From Eledone cirrhosa (lineage: Eukaryota): a DNA stretch of 64,000 nucleotides. Both the position numbers and the translations under genes were made by a program. Of this stretch, positions 48,701 through 60,700 are shown piece after piece. Where the stretch lies: positions 682,001-746,000 of the forward strand of contig OZ024742.1 in assembly GCA_964016885.1 (NCBI GenBank), written 5' to 3'. The notes below the pieces were generated by a model, which was not told where the DNA came from, searched no databases, and saw nothing but the letters and a program-made list of their open reading frames with translations. Within the stretch, counting starts at the first letter, position 1. Every line of letters begins with the position of its first letter.

Positions 48701-51700
48701 AGTGGAGGTGTGTGGCCTAGTGGTAAAGGTGTTCTGTGGAGGTGTGTGGTCTAGTGGTAAAGGTGTTCTGTGGAGGTGTGTGGTCTAGTGGTAAAGGTGT
48801 TCTGTAGAGGTGTGTGGTCTAGTGGTATAGGTGTTAGTGGAGGTGTGTGGCCTAGTGGTAAAGGTGTTCTGTAGAGGTGTGTGGTCTAGTGGTATAGGTG
48901 TTCTGTGGAGGTGTGTGGTCTAGTGGTATCGGTGTTCTGTGGAGGTGTGTGGTCTAGTGGTAAAGGTGTTCTGTAGAGGTGTGTGGTCTAGTGGTAAAGG
49001 TGTTAGTGGAGGTGTGTGGTCTAGTGGTAAAGGTGTTCTGTAGAGGTTTGTGGTTTAGTGGTAAAGGTGTTCTGTGGAGGTGTGTGGTCTAGTGGTAAAG
49101 GTGTTCTTTGGAGGTGTGTGGTCTAGTGGTAAAGGTGTTAGTGGAGGTGTGTGGTCTAGTGGTAAAGGTGTTAGTGGAGGTGTGTGGTCTAGTGGTAAAG
49201 GTGTTCTGCAGAGGTGTGTGGTCTAGTGGTAAAGGTGTTCTGTGGAGGTGTGTGGTCTAGTGGTAAAGGTGTTAGTGAAGGTGTGTGGTCTAGTGGTAAA
49301 GGTGTTAGTGGAGGTGTGTGGTCTAGTGGTAAAGGTGTTAGTAGAGGTGTGTGGTCTAGTGGTAAAAGTGTTCTGTGGAGTTGTGTGGTCTAGTGGTATA
49401 GGTGTTCTGTGGAGGTGTGTGGTCTAGTGGTATAGGTGTTCTGTGGAGGTGTGTGGTCTAGTGGTAAAGGTGTTAGTGGAGGTGTGTGGTCTAGTGGTAA
49501 AGGTGTTCTGTAGAGGTGTGTGGTCTAGAGGTAAAGGTGTTAGTGGAGGTGTGTGGTCTAGTGGTAAAGGTGTTAGTGGAGGTCTGTGGTCTAGTGGTAA
49601 AGGTGTTCTGTGTAGGTGTGTGGTCTAGTGGTAAAGGTGTTAGTGGATGTGTGTGGTCTAGTGGTAAAGGTGTTCTGTGGAGGTGTGTGGTCTAGTGGTA
49701 AAGGTGTTCTGTGTAGGTGTGTGGTCTAGTGGTAAAGGTGTTCGTGGATGTGTGTGGTCTAGTGGTAAAGGTGTTCTGCAGAGGTGTGTGGTCTAGTGGT
49801 AAAGGTGTTCTGTGTAGGTGTGTGGTCTAGTGGTAAAGGTGTTCGTGGAAGTGTGTGGTCTAGTGGTAAAGGTGTTCTGTGGAGGTGTGTGGTCTAGTGG
49901 TAAAGGTGTTAGTGGATGTGTGTGGTCTAGTGGTAAAGGTGTTCTGCAGAGGTGTGTGGTCTAGTGGTAAAGGTGTTCTGTGTAGGTGTGTGGTCTAGTG
50001 GTAAAGGTGTTCGTGGAAGTGTGTGGTCTAGTGGTAAAGGTGTTCTGTGGAGGTGTGTGGTCTAGTGGTAAAGGTGTTAGTGGAGGTGTGTGGTCTAGTG
50101 GTAAAGGTGTTCTGTGTAGGTGTGTGGTCTAGTGGTAAAGGTGTTCTTTGGAGGTGTGTGGTCTAGTGGTAAAGGTGTTAGTGGAGGTATGTGGTCTAGT
50201 GGTAAAGGTGTTCTGTAGAGGTGTGTGGTCTAGTGGTAAAGGTGTTCTGTGGAGGTGTGTGGTCTAGTGGTAAAGGTGTTAGTGGAGGTGTGTGGTCTAG
50301 TGGTAAAGGTGTTCTGTGGTCTAGTGGTAAAGGTGTTAGTGTAGGTGTGTGGTCTAGTGGTAAAGGTGTTCTGTGGTCTAGTGGTAAAGGTGTTCTGTAG
50401 AGGTGTGTGGTCTAGTGGTAAAGGTGTGTGGTCTAGTGGTAAAGGTGTTAGTGGAGGTGTGTGGCCTAGTGGTAAAGGTGTTCTGTGGTCTAGTGGTAAA
50501 GGTGTTCTGTAGAGGTGTGTGGTCTAGTGGTAAAGGTGTGTGGTCTAGTGGTAAAGGTGTTAGTGGAGGTGTGTGGCCTAGTGGTAAAGGTGTTCTGTGG
50601 AGGTGTGTGGTCTAGTGGTAAAGGTGTTCTGTGGAGGCGTGTGGTCTAGTGGTAAAGGTGTTCTGTAGAGGTGTGTGGTCTAGTGGTATAGGTGTTAGTG
50701 GAGGTGTGTGGTCTAGTGGTAAAGGTGTTCTGTAGAGGTGTGTGGTCTAGTGGTATAGGTGTTCTGTGGAGGTGTGTGGTCTAGTGGTATCGGTGTTCTG
50801 TGGAGGTGTGTGGTCTAGTGGTAAAGGTGTTCTGTAGAGGTTTGTGGTCTAGTGGTAAAGGTGTTAGTGGAGGTGTGTGGTCTAGTGGTAAAGGTGTTCT
50901 GTAGAGGTTTGTGGTTTAGTGGTAAAGGTGTTCTGTGGAGGTGTGTGGTCTAGTGGTAAAGGTGTTCTTTGGAGGTGTGTGGTCTAGTAGTAAAGGTGTT
51001 AGTGGAGGTGTGTGGTCTAGTGGTAAAGGTGTTAGTGGAGGTGTGTGGTCTAGTGGTATAGGTGTTCTGTGGAGGTGTGTGGTCTAGTGGTATAGGTGTT
51101 CTGTGGGGGTGTGTGGTCTAGTGGTAAAGGTGTTAGTGGAGGTGTGTGGTCTAGAGGTAAAGGTGTTAGTGGAGGTGTGTGGTCTAGTGGTAAAGGTGTT
51201 AGTGGAGGTCTGTGGTCTAGTGGTAAAGGTGTTCTGTGTAGGTGTGTGGTCTAGTGGTAAAGGTGTTAGTGGATGTGTGTGGTCTAGTGGTAAAGGTGTT
51301 CTGTGGAGGTGTGTGGTCTAGTGGTAAAGGTGTTAGTGGAGGTGTGTGGTCTAGTGGTAAAGGTGTTCTGTGTAGGTGTGTGGTCTAGTGGTAAAGGTGT
51401 TCGTGGAAGTGTGTGGTCTAGTGGTAAAGGTGTTCTGTGGAGGTGTGTGGTCTAGTGGTAAAGGTGTTAGTGGAGGTGTGTGGTCTAGTGGTAAGGGAGT
51501 TCTGTGTAGGTGTGTGGTCTAGTGGTAAAGGTGTTAGTGGAGGTGTGTGGTCTAGTGGTAAAGGTGTAAGTGGAGGTGTGTGGTCTAGTGGTAAAGGTGT
51601 TCTGTAGAGGTGTGTGGTCTAGTGGTAAATGTGTTCTGTGGAGGTGTGTGGTCTAGTGGTAAAGGTGTTCTTTGGAGGTGCGTGGTCTAGTGGTAAAGGT

Positions 51701-54700
51701 GTTAGTGGAGGTATGTGGTCTAGTGGTAAAGGTGTTCTGTAGAGGTGTGTGGTCTAGTGGTAAAGGTGTTCTGTAGAGGTGTGTGGTCTAGTGGTAAAGG
51801 TGTTAGTGGAGGTGTGTGGTCTAGTGGTAAAGGTGTTAGTGGAGGTGTGTGGTCTAGTGGTAAAGGTGTTAGTGGAGGTGTGTGGTCTAGTGGTAAAGGT
51901 GTTAGTGGAGGTGTGTGGTCTAGTGGTAAAGGTGTTCTGTAGAGGTGTGGGGTCTAGTGGTAAAGGTGTTCTGTGGAGGTGTGTGGTCTAGTGGTAAAGG
52001 TGTTAGTGGAGGTGTGTGGTCTAGTGGTAAAGGTGTTCTGTAGAGGTGTGTGGTCTAGTGGTAAAGGTGTTCTGTGGAGGTGTGTGATCTAGTGGTAAAG
52101 GTGTTCTGTGGAGGTGTGTGGTCTAGTGGTAAAGGTGTTCTGTGGAGGTGTGTGGTCTAGTGGTAAAGGTGTTCTGTGGAGGTGTGTGGTCTAGTGGTAA
52201 AGGTGTTAGTGGAGGTGTGTGGTCTAGTGGTAAAGGTGTAAGTGGAGGTGTGTGGTCTAGTGGTAAAGGTGTTCTGTAGAGGTGTGTGGTCTAGTGGTAA
52301 AGGTGTTCTGTGGCGGTGTGTGGTCTAGTGGTAAAGGTGTTAGTGGAGGTGTGTGGTCTAGTGGTAAAGGTGTTCTGTAGAGGTGTGTGGTCTAGTGGTA
52401 AAGGTGTTCTGTGGAGGTGTGTGGTCTAGTGGTAAAGGTGTTAGTGGATGTGTGTGGTCTAGTGGTAAAGGTGTTCTGTGGAGGTGTGTGGTCTAGTGGT
52501 AAAGCTGTTAGTGGAGGTGTGTGGTCTAGTGGTAAAGGTGTTCTGTGTAGGTGTGTGGTCTAGTGGTAAAGGTGTTCGTGGAAGTGTGTGGTCTAGTGGT
52601 AAAGGTGTTAGTGGAGGTGTGTGGGCTAGTGGTAAAGGTGTTCTGTGGAGGTGTGTGGTCTAGTGGTAAAGGTCTTCTGTGGAAGTGTGTGGTCTAGTGG
52701 TAAAGGTGTTAGTGGAGGTGTGTGACCTAGTGGTAAAGGTGTTCTGTGGAGGTGTGGTCTAGCGGTAAAGGTGTACTGTGGAGGTGTGTGGTCTAGTGGT
52801 AAAGGTGTTCTGTAGAGGTGTGTGGTCTAGTTGTAAAGGTGTTAGTGGAGGTGTGTGGCCTAGTGGTAAAGGTGTTCTGTGGAGGTGTGTGGTCTCGTGG
52901 TAAAGGTGTTCTGTAAAGGTGTGTGGTCTAGTGGTAAATGTCTTCTGTAGAGGTGTGTTGTCTCGTGGTAAAGGTGTTCTGTAGAGGTGTGGTCTAGTGG
53001 TAAAGGTATTCTGTAGAGGTGTGTGGTCTAGTGGTAAAGGTGTTAGTGGAGGTGTGTGGTCTAGTGGTAAAGGTGTTAGTGGAGGTGTGTTGTCTAGTGG
53101 TATAGGTGTTAGTGGAGGTGTGTGGTCTAGTGGTAAAGGTGTTCTGTAGAGGTGTGTGGTCTAGTGGTAAAGGTGTTCTGTGGAGGTGTGTGGTCTAGTG
53201 GTAAAGGTGTTCTGTGGAGGTGTGTGGTCTAGTGGTAAAGGTGTTAGTGGAGGTGTGTGGTCTAGTGGTAAAGGTGTTAGTGGAGATGTGTGGTTTAGTG
53301 GTAAAGGTGTTCTGTAGAGGTGTGTGGTCTAGTGGTAAAGGTGTTCTGTGGCGGTGTGTGGTCTAGTGGTAAAGGTGTTAGTGGAGGTGTGTGGTCTAGT
53401 GGTAAAGGTGTTCTGTAGAGGAGTGTGGTCTAGTGGTAAAGGTGTTCTGTGGCGGTGTGTGGTCTAGTGGTAAAGGCGTTCTGTGGAGGTGTGTGGTCTA
53501 GTGGTAAAGGTGTTAGTGGAGGTGTGTGGTTTAGTGGTAAAGGTGTTCTGTAGAGGTGTGTGGTCTAGTGGTAAATGTGTTCTGTGGAGGTGTGTGGTCT
53601 AGTGGTAAAGGTGTTAGTGGAGGTGTGTGGTCTAGTGGTAAAGGTGTTCTGTGGAGGTGTGTGATCTAGTGGTAAAGGTGTTAGTGGAGGTGTGTGGTCT
53701 AGTGGTAAAGGTGTTAGTGGAGGTGTGTGGTTTAGTGGTAAAGGTGTTCTGTAGAGGTGTGTGGTCTAGTGGTAAAGGTGTTCTGTGGTCTAGTGGTAAA
53801 GGTGTTAGTGGAGGTGTGTGGTCTAGTGGTAAAGGTGTTCTGTAGAGGTGTGTGGTCTAGTGGTAAAGGTGTGTGGTCTAGTGGTAAAGGTGTTAGTGGA
53901 GGTGTGTGGCCTAGTGGTAAAGGTGTTCTGTGGAGGTGTGTGGTCTAGTGGTAAAGGTGTTCTGTGGAGGTGTGTGGTCTAGTGGTAAAGGTGTTCTGTA
54001 GAGGTGTGTGGTCTAGTGGTATAGGTGTTAGTGGAGGTGTGTGGCCTAGTGGTAAAGGTGTTCTGTAGAGGTGTGTGGTCTAGTGGTATAGGTGTTCTGT
54101 GGAGGTGTGTGGTCTAGTGGTATCGGTGTTCTGTGGAGGTGTGTGGTCTAGTGGTAAAGGTGTTCTGTAGAGGTGTGTGGTCTAGTGGTAAAGGTGTTAG
54201 TGGAGGTGTGTGGTCTAGTGGTAAAGGTGTTCTGTAGAGGTTTGTGGTTTAGTGGTAAAGGTGTTCTGTGGAGGTGTGTGGTCTAGTGGTAAAGGTGTTC
54301 TTTGGAGGTGTGTGGTCTAGTGGTAAAGGTGTTAGTGGAGGTGTGTGGTCTAGTGGTAAAGGTGTTAGTGGAGGTGTGTGGTCTAGTGGTAAAGGTGTTC
54401 TGCAGAGGTGTGTGGTCTAGTGGTAAAGGTGTTCTGTGGAGGTGTGTGGTCTAGTGGTAAAGGTGTTAGTGAAGGTGTGTGGTCTAGTGGTAAAGGTGTT
54501 AGTGGAGGTGTGTGGTCTAGTGGTAAAGGTGTTAGTAGAGGTGTGTGGTCTAGTGGTAAAAGTGTTCTGTGGAGTTGTGTGGTCTAGTGGTATAGGTGTT
54601 CTGTGGAGGTGTGTGGTCTAGTGGTATAGGTGTTCTGTGGAGGTGTGTGGTCTAGTGGTAAAGGTGTTAGTGGAGGTGTGTGGTCTAGTGGTAAAGGTGT

Positions 54701-57700
54701 TCTGTAGAGGTGTGTGGTCTAGAGGTAAAGGTGTTAGTGGAGGTGTGTGGTCTAGTGGTAAAGGTGTTAGTGGAGGTCTGTGGTCTAGTGGTAAAGGTGT
54801 TCTGTGTAGGTGTGTGGTCTAGTGGTAAAGGTGTTAGTGGATGTGTGTGGTCTAGTGGTAAAGGTGTTCTGTGGAGGTGTGTGGTCTAGTGGTAAAGGTG
54901 TTCTGTGTAGGTGTGTGGTCTAGTGGTAAAGGTGTTCGTGGATGTGTGTGGTCTAGTGGTAAAGGTGTTCTGCAGAGGTGTGTGGTCTAGTGGTAAAGGT
55001 GTTCTGTGTAGGTGTGTGGTCTAGTGGTAAAGGTGTTCGTGGAAGTGTGTGGTCTAGTGGTAAAGGTGTTCTGTGGAGGTGTGTGGTCTAGTGGTAAAGG
55101 TGTTAGTGGATGTGTGTGGTCTAGTGGTAAAGGTGTTCTGCAGAGGTGTGTGGTCTAGTGGTAAAGGTGTTCTGTGTAGGTGTGTGGTCTAGTGGTAAAG
55201 GTGTTCGTGGAAGTGTGTGGTCTAGTGGTAAAGGTGTTCTGTGGAGGTGTGTGGTCTAGTGGTAAAGGTGTTAGTGGAGGTGTGTGGTCTAGTGGTAAAG
55301 GTGTTCTGTGTAGGTGTGTGGTCTAGTGGTAAAGGTGTTCTTTGGAGGTGTGTGGTCTAGTGGTAAAGGTGTTAGTGGAGGTATGTGGTCTAGTGGTAAA
55401 GGTGTTCTGTAGAGGTGTGTGGTCTAGTGGTAAAGGTGTTCTGTGGAGGTGTGTGGTCTAGTGGTAAAGGTGTTAGTGGAGGTGTGTGGTCTAGTGGTAA
55501 AGGTGTTCTGTGGTCTAGTGGTAAAGGTGTTAGTGTAGGTGTGTGGTCTAGTGGTAAAGGTGTTCTGTGGTCTAGTGGTAAAGGTGTTCTGTAGAGGTGT
55601 GTGGTCTAGTGGTAAAGGTGTGTGGTCTAGTGGTAAAGGTGTTAGTGGAGGTGTGTGGCCTAGTGGTAAAGGTGTTCTGTGGTCTAGTGGTAAAGGTGTT
55701 CTGTAGAGGTGTGTGGTCTAGTGGTAAAGGTGTGTGGTCTAGTGGTAAAGGTGTTAGTGGAGGTGTGTGGCCTAGTGGTAAAGGTGTTCTGTGGAGGTGT
55801 GTGGTCTAGTGGTAAAGGTGTTCTGTGGAGGCGTGTGGTCTAGTGGTAAAGGTGTTCTGTAGAGGTGTGTGGTCTAGTGGTATAGGTGTTAGTGGAGGTG
55901 TGTGGTCTAGTGGTAAAGGTGTTCTGTAGAGGTGTGTGGTCTAGTGGTATAGGTGTTCTGTGGAGGTGTGTGGTCTAGTGGTATCGGTGTTCTGTGGAGG
56001 TGTGTGGTCTAGTGGTAAAGGTGTTCTGTAGAGGTTTGTGGTCTAGTGGTAAAGGTGTTAGTGGAGGTGTGTGGTCTAGTGGTAAAGGTGTTCTGTAGAG
56101 GTTTGTGGTTTAGTGGTAAAGGTGTTCTGTGGAGGTGTGTGGTCTAGTGGTAAAGGTGTTCTTTGGAGGTGTGTGGTCTAGTAGTAAAGGTGTTAGTGGA
56201 GGTGTGTGGTCTAGTGGTAAAGGTGTTAGTGGAGGTGTGTGGTCTAGTGGTATAGGTGTTCTGTGGAGGTGTGTGGTCTAGTGGTATAGGTGTTCTGTGG
56301 AGGTGTGTGGTCTAGTGGTAATGGTGTTAGTGGAGGTGTGTGGTCTAGAGGTAAAGGTGTTAGTGGAGGTGTGTGGTCTAGTGGTAAAGGTGTTAGTGGA
56401 GGTCTGTGGTCTAGTGGTAAAGGTGTTCTGTGTAGGTGTGTGGTCTAGTGGTAAAGGTGTTAGTGGATGTGTGTGGTCTAGTGGTAAAGGTGTTCTGTGG
56501 AGGTGTGTGGTCTAGTGGTAAAGGTGTTAGTGGAGGTGTGTGGTCTAGTGGTAAAGGTGTTCTGTGTAGGTGTGTGGTCTAGTGGTAAAGGTGTTCGTGG
56601 AAGTGTGTGGTCTAGTGGTAAAGGTGTTCTGTGGAGGTGTGTGGTCTAGTGGTAAAGGTGTTAGTGGAGGTGTGTGGTCTAGTGGTAAGGGAGTTCTGTG
56701 TAGGTGTGTGGTCTAGTGGTAAAGGTGTTAGTGGAGGTGTGTGGTCTAGTGGTAAAGGTGTAAGTGGAGGTGTGTGGTCTAGTGGTAAAGGTGTTCTGTA
56801 GAGGTGTGTGGTCTAGTGGTAAATGTGTTCTGTGGAGGTGTGTGGTCTAGTGGTAAAGGTGTTCTTTGGAGGTGCGTGGTCTAGTGGTAAAGGTGTTAGT
56901 GGAGGTATGTGGTCTAGTGGTAAAGGTGTTCTGTAGAGGTGTGTGGTCTAGTGGTAAAGGTGTTCTGTAGAGGTGTGTGGTCTAGTGGTAAAGGTGTTAG
57001 TGGAGGTGTGTGGTCTAGTGGTAAAGGTGTTAGTGGAGGTGTGTGGTCTAGTGGTAAAGGTGTTAGTGGAGGTGTGTGGTCTAGTGGTAAAGGTGTTAGT
57101 GGAGGTGTGTGGTCTAGTGGTAAAGGTGTTCTGTAGAGGTGTGGGGTCTAGTGGTAAAGGTGTTCTGTGGAGGTGTGTGGTCTAGTGGTAAAGGTGTTAG
57201 TGGAGGTGTGTGGTCTAGTGGTAAAGGTGTTCTGTAGAGGTGTGTGGTCTAGTGGTAAAGGTGTTCTGTGGAGGTGTGTGATCTAGTGGTAAAGGTGTTC
57301 TGTGGAGGTGTGTGGTCTAGTGGTAAAGGTGTTCTGTGGAGGTGTGTGGTCTAGTGGTAAAGGTGCTCTGTGGAGGTGTGTGGTCTAGTGGTAAAGGTGT
57401 TAGTGGAGGTGTGTGGTCTAGTGGTAAAGGTGTAAGTGGAGGTGTGTGGTCTAGTGGTAAAGGTGTTCTGTAGAGGTGTGTGGTCTAGTGGTAAAGGTGT
57501 TCTGTGGCGGTGTGTGGTCTAGTGGTAAAGGTGTTAGTGGAGGTGTGTGGTCTAGTGGTAAAGGTGTTCTGTAGAGGTGTGTGGTCTAGTGGTAAAGGTG
57601 TTCTGTGGAGGTGTGTGGTCTAGTGGTAAAGGTGTTAGTGGAGGTGTGTGGTCTAGTGGTAAAGGTGTAAGTGGAGGTGTGTGGTCTAGTGGTAAAGGTG

Positions 57701-60700
57701 TTCTGTAGAGGTGTGTGGTCTAGTGGTAAATGTGTTCTGTGGAGGTGTGTGGTCTAGTGGTAAAGGTGTTCTGTGGAGGTGTGTGGTCTAGTGGTAAAGG
57801 TGTTCTGTGGAGGTGTGTGGTCTAGTGGTAAAGGTGTTAGTGGAGGTGTGTGGTCTAGTGGTAAAGGTGTAAGTGGAGGTGTGTGGTCTAGTGGTAAAGG
57901 TGTTCTGTAGAGGTGTGTGGTCTAGTGGTAAATGTGTTCTGTGGAGGTGTGTGGTCTAGTGGTAAAGGTGTAAGTGGAGGTGTGTGGTCTAGTGGTAAAG
58001 GTGTTCTGTAGAGGTGTGTGGTCTAGTGGTAAATGTGTTCTGTGGAGGTGTGTGGTCTAGTGGTAAAGGTGTTCTGTGGAGGTGTGTGGTCTAGTGGTAA
58101 AGGTGTTAGTGGAGGTGTGTGGTCTAGTGGTAAAGGTGTTAGTGGAGATGTGTGGTTTAGTGGTAAAGGTGTTCTGTAGAGGTGTGTGGTCTAGTGGTAA
58201 AGGTGTTCTGTGGCGGTGTGTGGTCTAGTGGTAAAGGTGTTAGTGGAGGTGTGTGGTCTAGTGGTAAAGGTGTTCTGTAGAGGTGTGTGGTCTAGTGGTA
58301 AAGGTGTTCTGTGGCGGTGTGTGGTCTAGTGGTAAAGGTGTTCTGTGGAGGTGTGTGGTCTAGTGGTAAAGGTGTTCTGTGGAGGTGTGTGGTCTAGTGG
58401 TAAAGGTGTTAGTGGAGGTGTGTGGTCTAGTGGTAAAGGGGTTCTGTGGAGGTGTGTGGTCTAGTAGTAAAGGTGTTCTGTGGAGGTGTGTGGTCTAGTG
58501 GTAAAGGTGTTAGTGGAGGTGTGTGATCTAGTGGTAAAGGTGTTAGTGGAGGTGTGTGGTCTAGTGGTAAAGGTGTTCTGTAGAGGTGTGTGGTCTAGTG
58601 GTAACGGTGTTCTGTGGAGGTGTGTGGTCTAGTGGTATAGGTGTTCTGTGGAGGTGTGTGGTCTAGTGGTATAGGTATTCTGTGGAGGTGTGTGGTCTAG
58701 TGGTAAAGGTGTTAGTGGAGGTGTGTGGTCTAGTGGTAAAGGTGTTCTGTAGAGGTGTGTGGTCTAGTGGTAAATGTGTTAGTGGAGGTGTGTGGTCTAG
58801 TGGTAAAGGTGTTAGTGGAGGTGTGTGGTCTAGTGGTAAAGGTGTTCTGGAGAGGTGTGTGGTCTAGTGGTAAAGGTGTTCTGTGGAGGTGTGTGGTCTA
58901 GTGGTAAAGGTGTTGTGTGGAGGTGTGTGGTCTAGTGGTAAAGGTGTTAGTGGAGATGTGTGGTCTAGTGGTAAAGGTGTTCTGTGGATGTGTGTGGTCT
59001 AGTGGTATAGGTGTTAGTGGAGGTGTGTGGTCTAGTGGTAAAGGTGTTCTGTAGAGGTGTGTGGTCTAGTGGTATAGGTGTTCTGTGGAGGTGTGTGGTC
59101 TAGTGGTAAAGGTGTTAGTGGAGGTGTGTGGTCTAGTGGTAAAGGTGTTCTGTAGAGGTTTGTGGTTTAGTGGTAAAGGTGTTCTGTGGAGGTGTGTGGT
59201 CTAGTGGTAAAGGTGTTCTTTGGAGGTGTGTGGTCTAGTGGTAAAGGTGTTAGTGGAGGTGTGTGGTCTAGTGGTAAAGGTGTTAGTGGAGGTGTGTGGT
59301 CTAGTGGTATAGGTGTTCTGTGGAGGTGTGTGGTCTAGTGGTATAGGTGTTCTGTGGAGGTGTGTGGTCTAGTGGTAAAGGTGTTAGTGGAGGTGTGTGG
59401 TCTAGTGGTAAAGGTGTTCTGTAGAGGTGTGTGGTCTAGAGGTAAAGGTGTTAGTGGAGGTGTGTGGTCTAGTGGTAAAGGTGTTAGTGGAGGTCTGTGG
59501 TCTAGTGGTAAAGGTGTTCTGTGTAGGTGTGTGGTCTAGTGGTAAAGGTGTTAGTGGATGTGTGTGGTCTAGTGGTAAAGGTGTTCTGTGGAGGTGTGTG
59601 GTCTAGTGGTAAAGGTGTTCTGTAGAGGTGTGTGGTCTAGTGGTAAAGGTGTTCTGTAGAGGTTTGTGGTAAAGGTATTCTGTGGAGGTGTGTGGTCTAG
59701 TGGTAAAGGTGTTAGTGGAGGTGTGTGGTCTAGTGGTAAAGGTGTTCTGTAGAGGTGTGTGGTCTAGTGGTAAAGGTGTTAGTGGAGGTGTGTGGTCTAG
59801 TGGTAAAGGTGTTAGTGGAGGTCTGTGGTCTAGTGGTAAAGGTGTTCTGTGTAGGTGTGTGGTCTAGTGGTAAAGGTGTTAGTGGATGTGTGTGGTCTAG
59901 TGGTAAAGGTGTTCTGTGGAGGTGTGTGGTCTAGTGGTAAAGCTGTTAGTGGAGGTGTGTGGTCTAGTGGTAAAGGTGTTCTGTGTAGGTGTGTGGTCTA
60001 GTGGTAAAGGTGTTCGTGGAAGTGTGTGGTCTAGTGGTAAAGGTGTTAGTGGAGGTGTGTGGGCTAGTGGTAAAGGTGTTCTGTGGAGGTGTGTGGTCTA
60101 GTGGTAAAGGTCTTCTGTGGAAGTGTGTGGTCTAGTGGTAAAGGTGTTAGTGGAGGTGTGTGACCTAGTGGTAAAGGTGTTCTGTGGAGGTGTGGTCTAG
60201 CGGTAAAGGTGTACTGTGGAGGTGTGTGGTCTAGTGGTAAAGGTGTTCTGTAGAGGTGTGTGGTCTAGTTGTAAAGGTGTTAGTGGAGGTGTGTGGCCTA
60301 GTGGTAAAGGTGTTCTGTGGAGGTGTGTGGTCTCGTGGTAAAGGTGTTCTGTAAAGGTGTGTGGTCTAGTGGTAAATGTCTTCTGTAGAGGTGTGTTGTC
60401 TCGTGGTAAAGGTGTTCTGTAGAGGTGTGGTCTAGTGGTAAAGGTATTCTGTAGAGGTGTGTGGTCTAGTGGTAAAGGTGTTAGTGGAGGTGTGTGGTCT
60501 AGTGGTAAAGGTGTTAGTGGAGGTGTGTTGTCTAGTGGTATAGGTGTTAGTGGAGGTGTGTGGTCTAGTGGTAAAGGTGTTCTGTAGAGGTGTGTGGTCT
60601 AGTGGTAAAGGTGTTCTGTGGAGGTGTGTGGTCTAGTGGTAAAGGTGTTCTGTGGAGGTGTGTGGTCTAGTGGTAAAGGTGTTAGTGGAGGTGTGTGGTC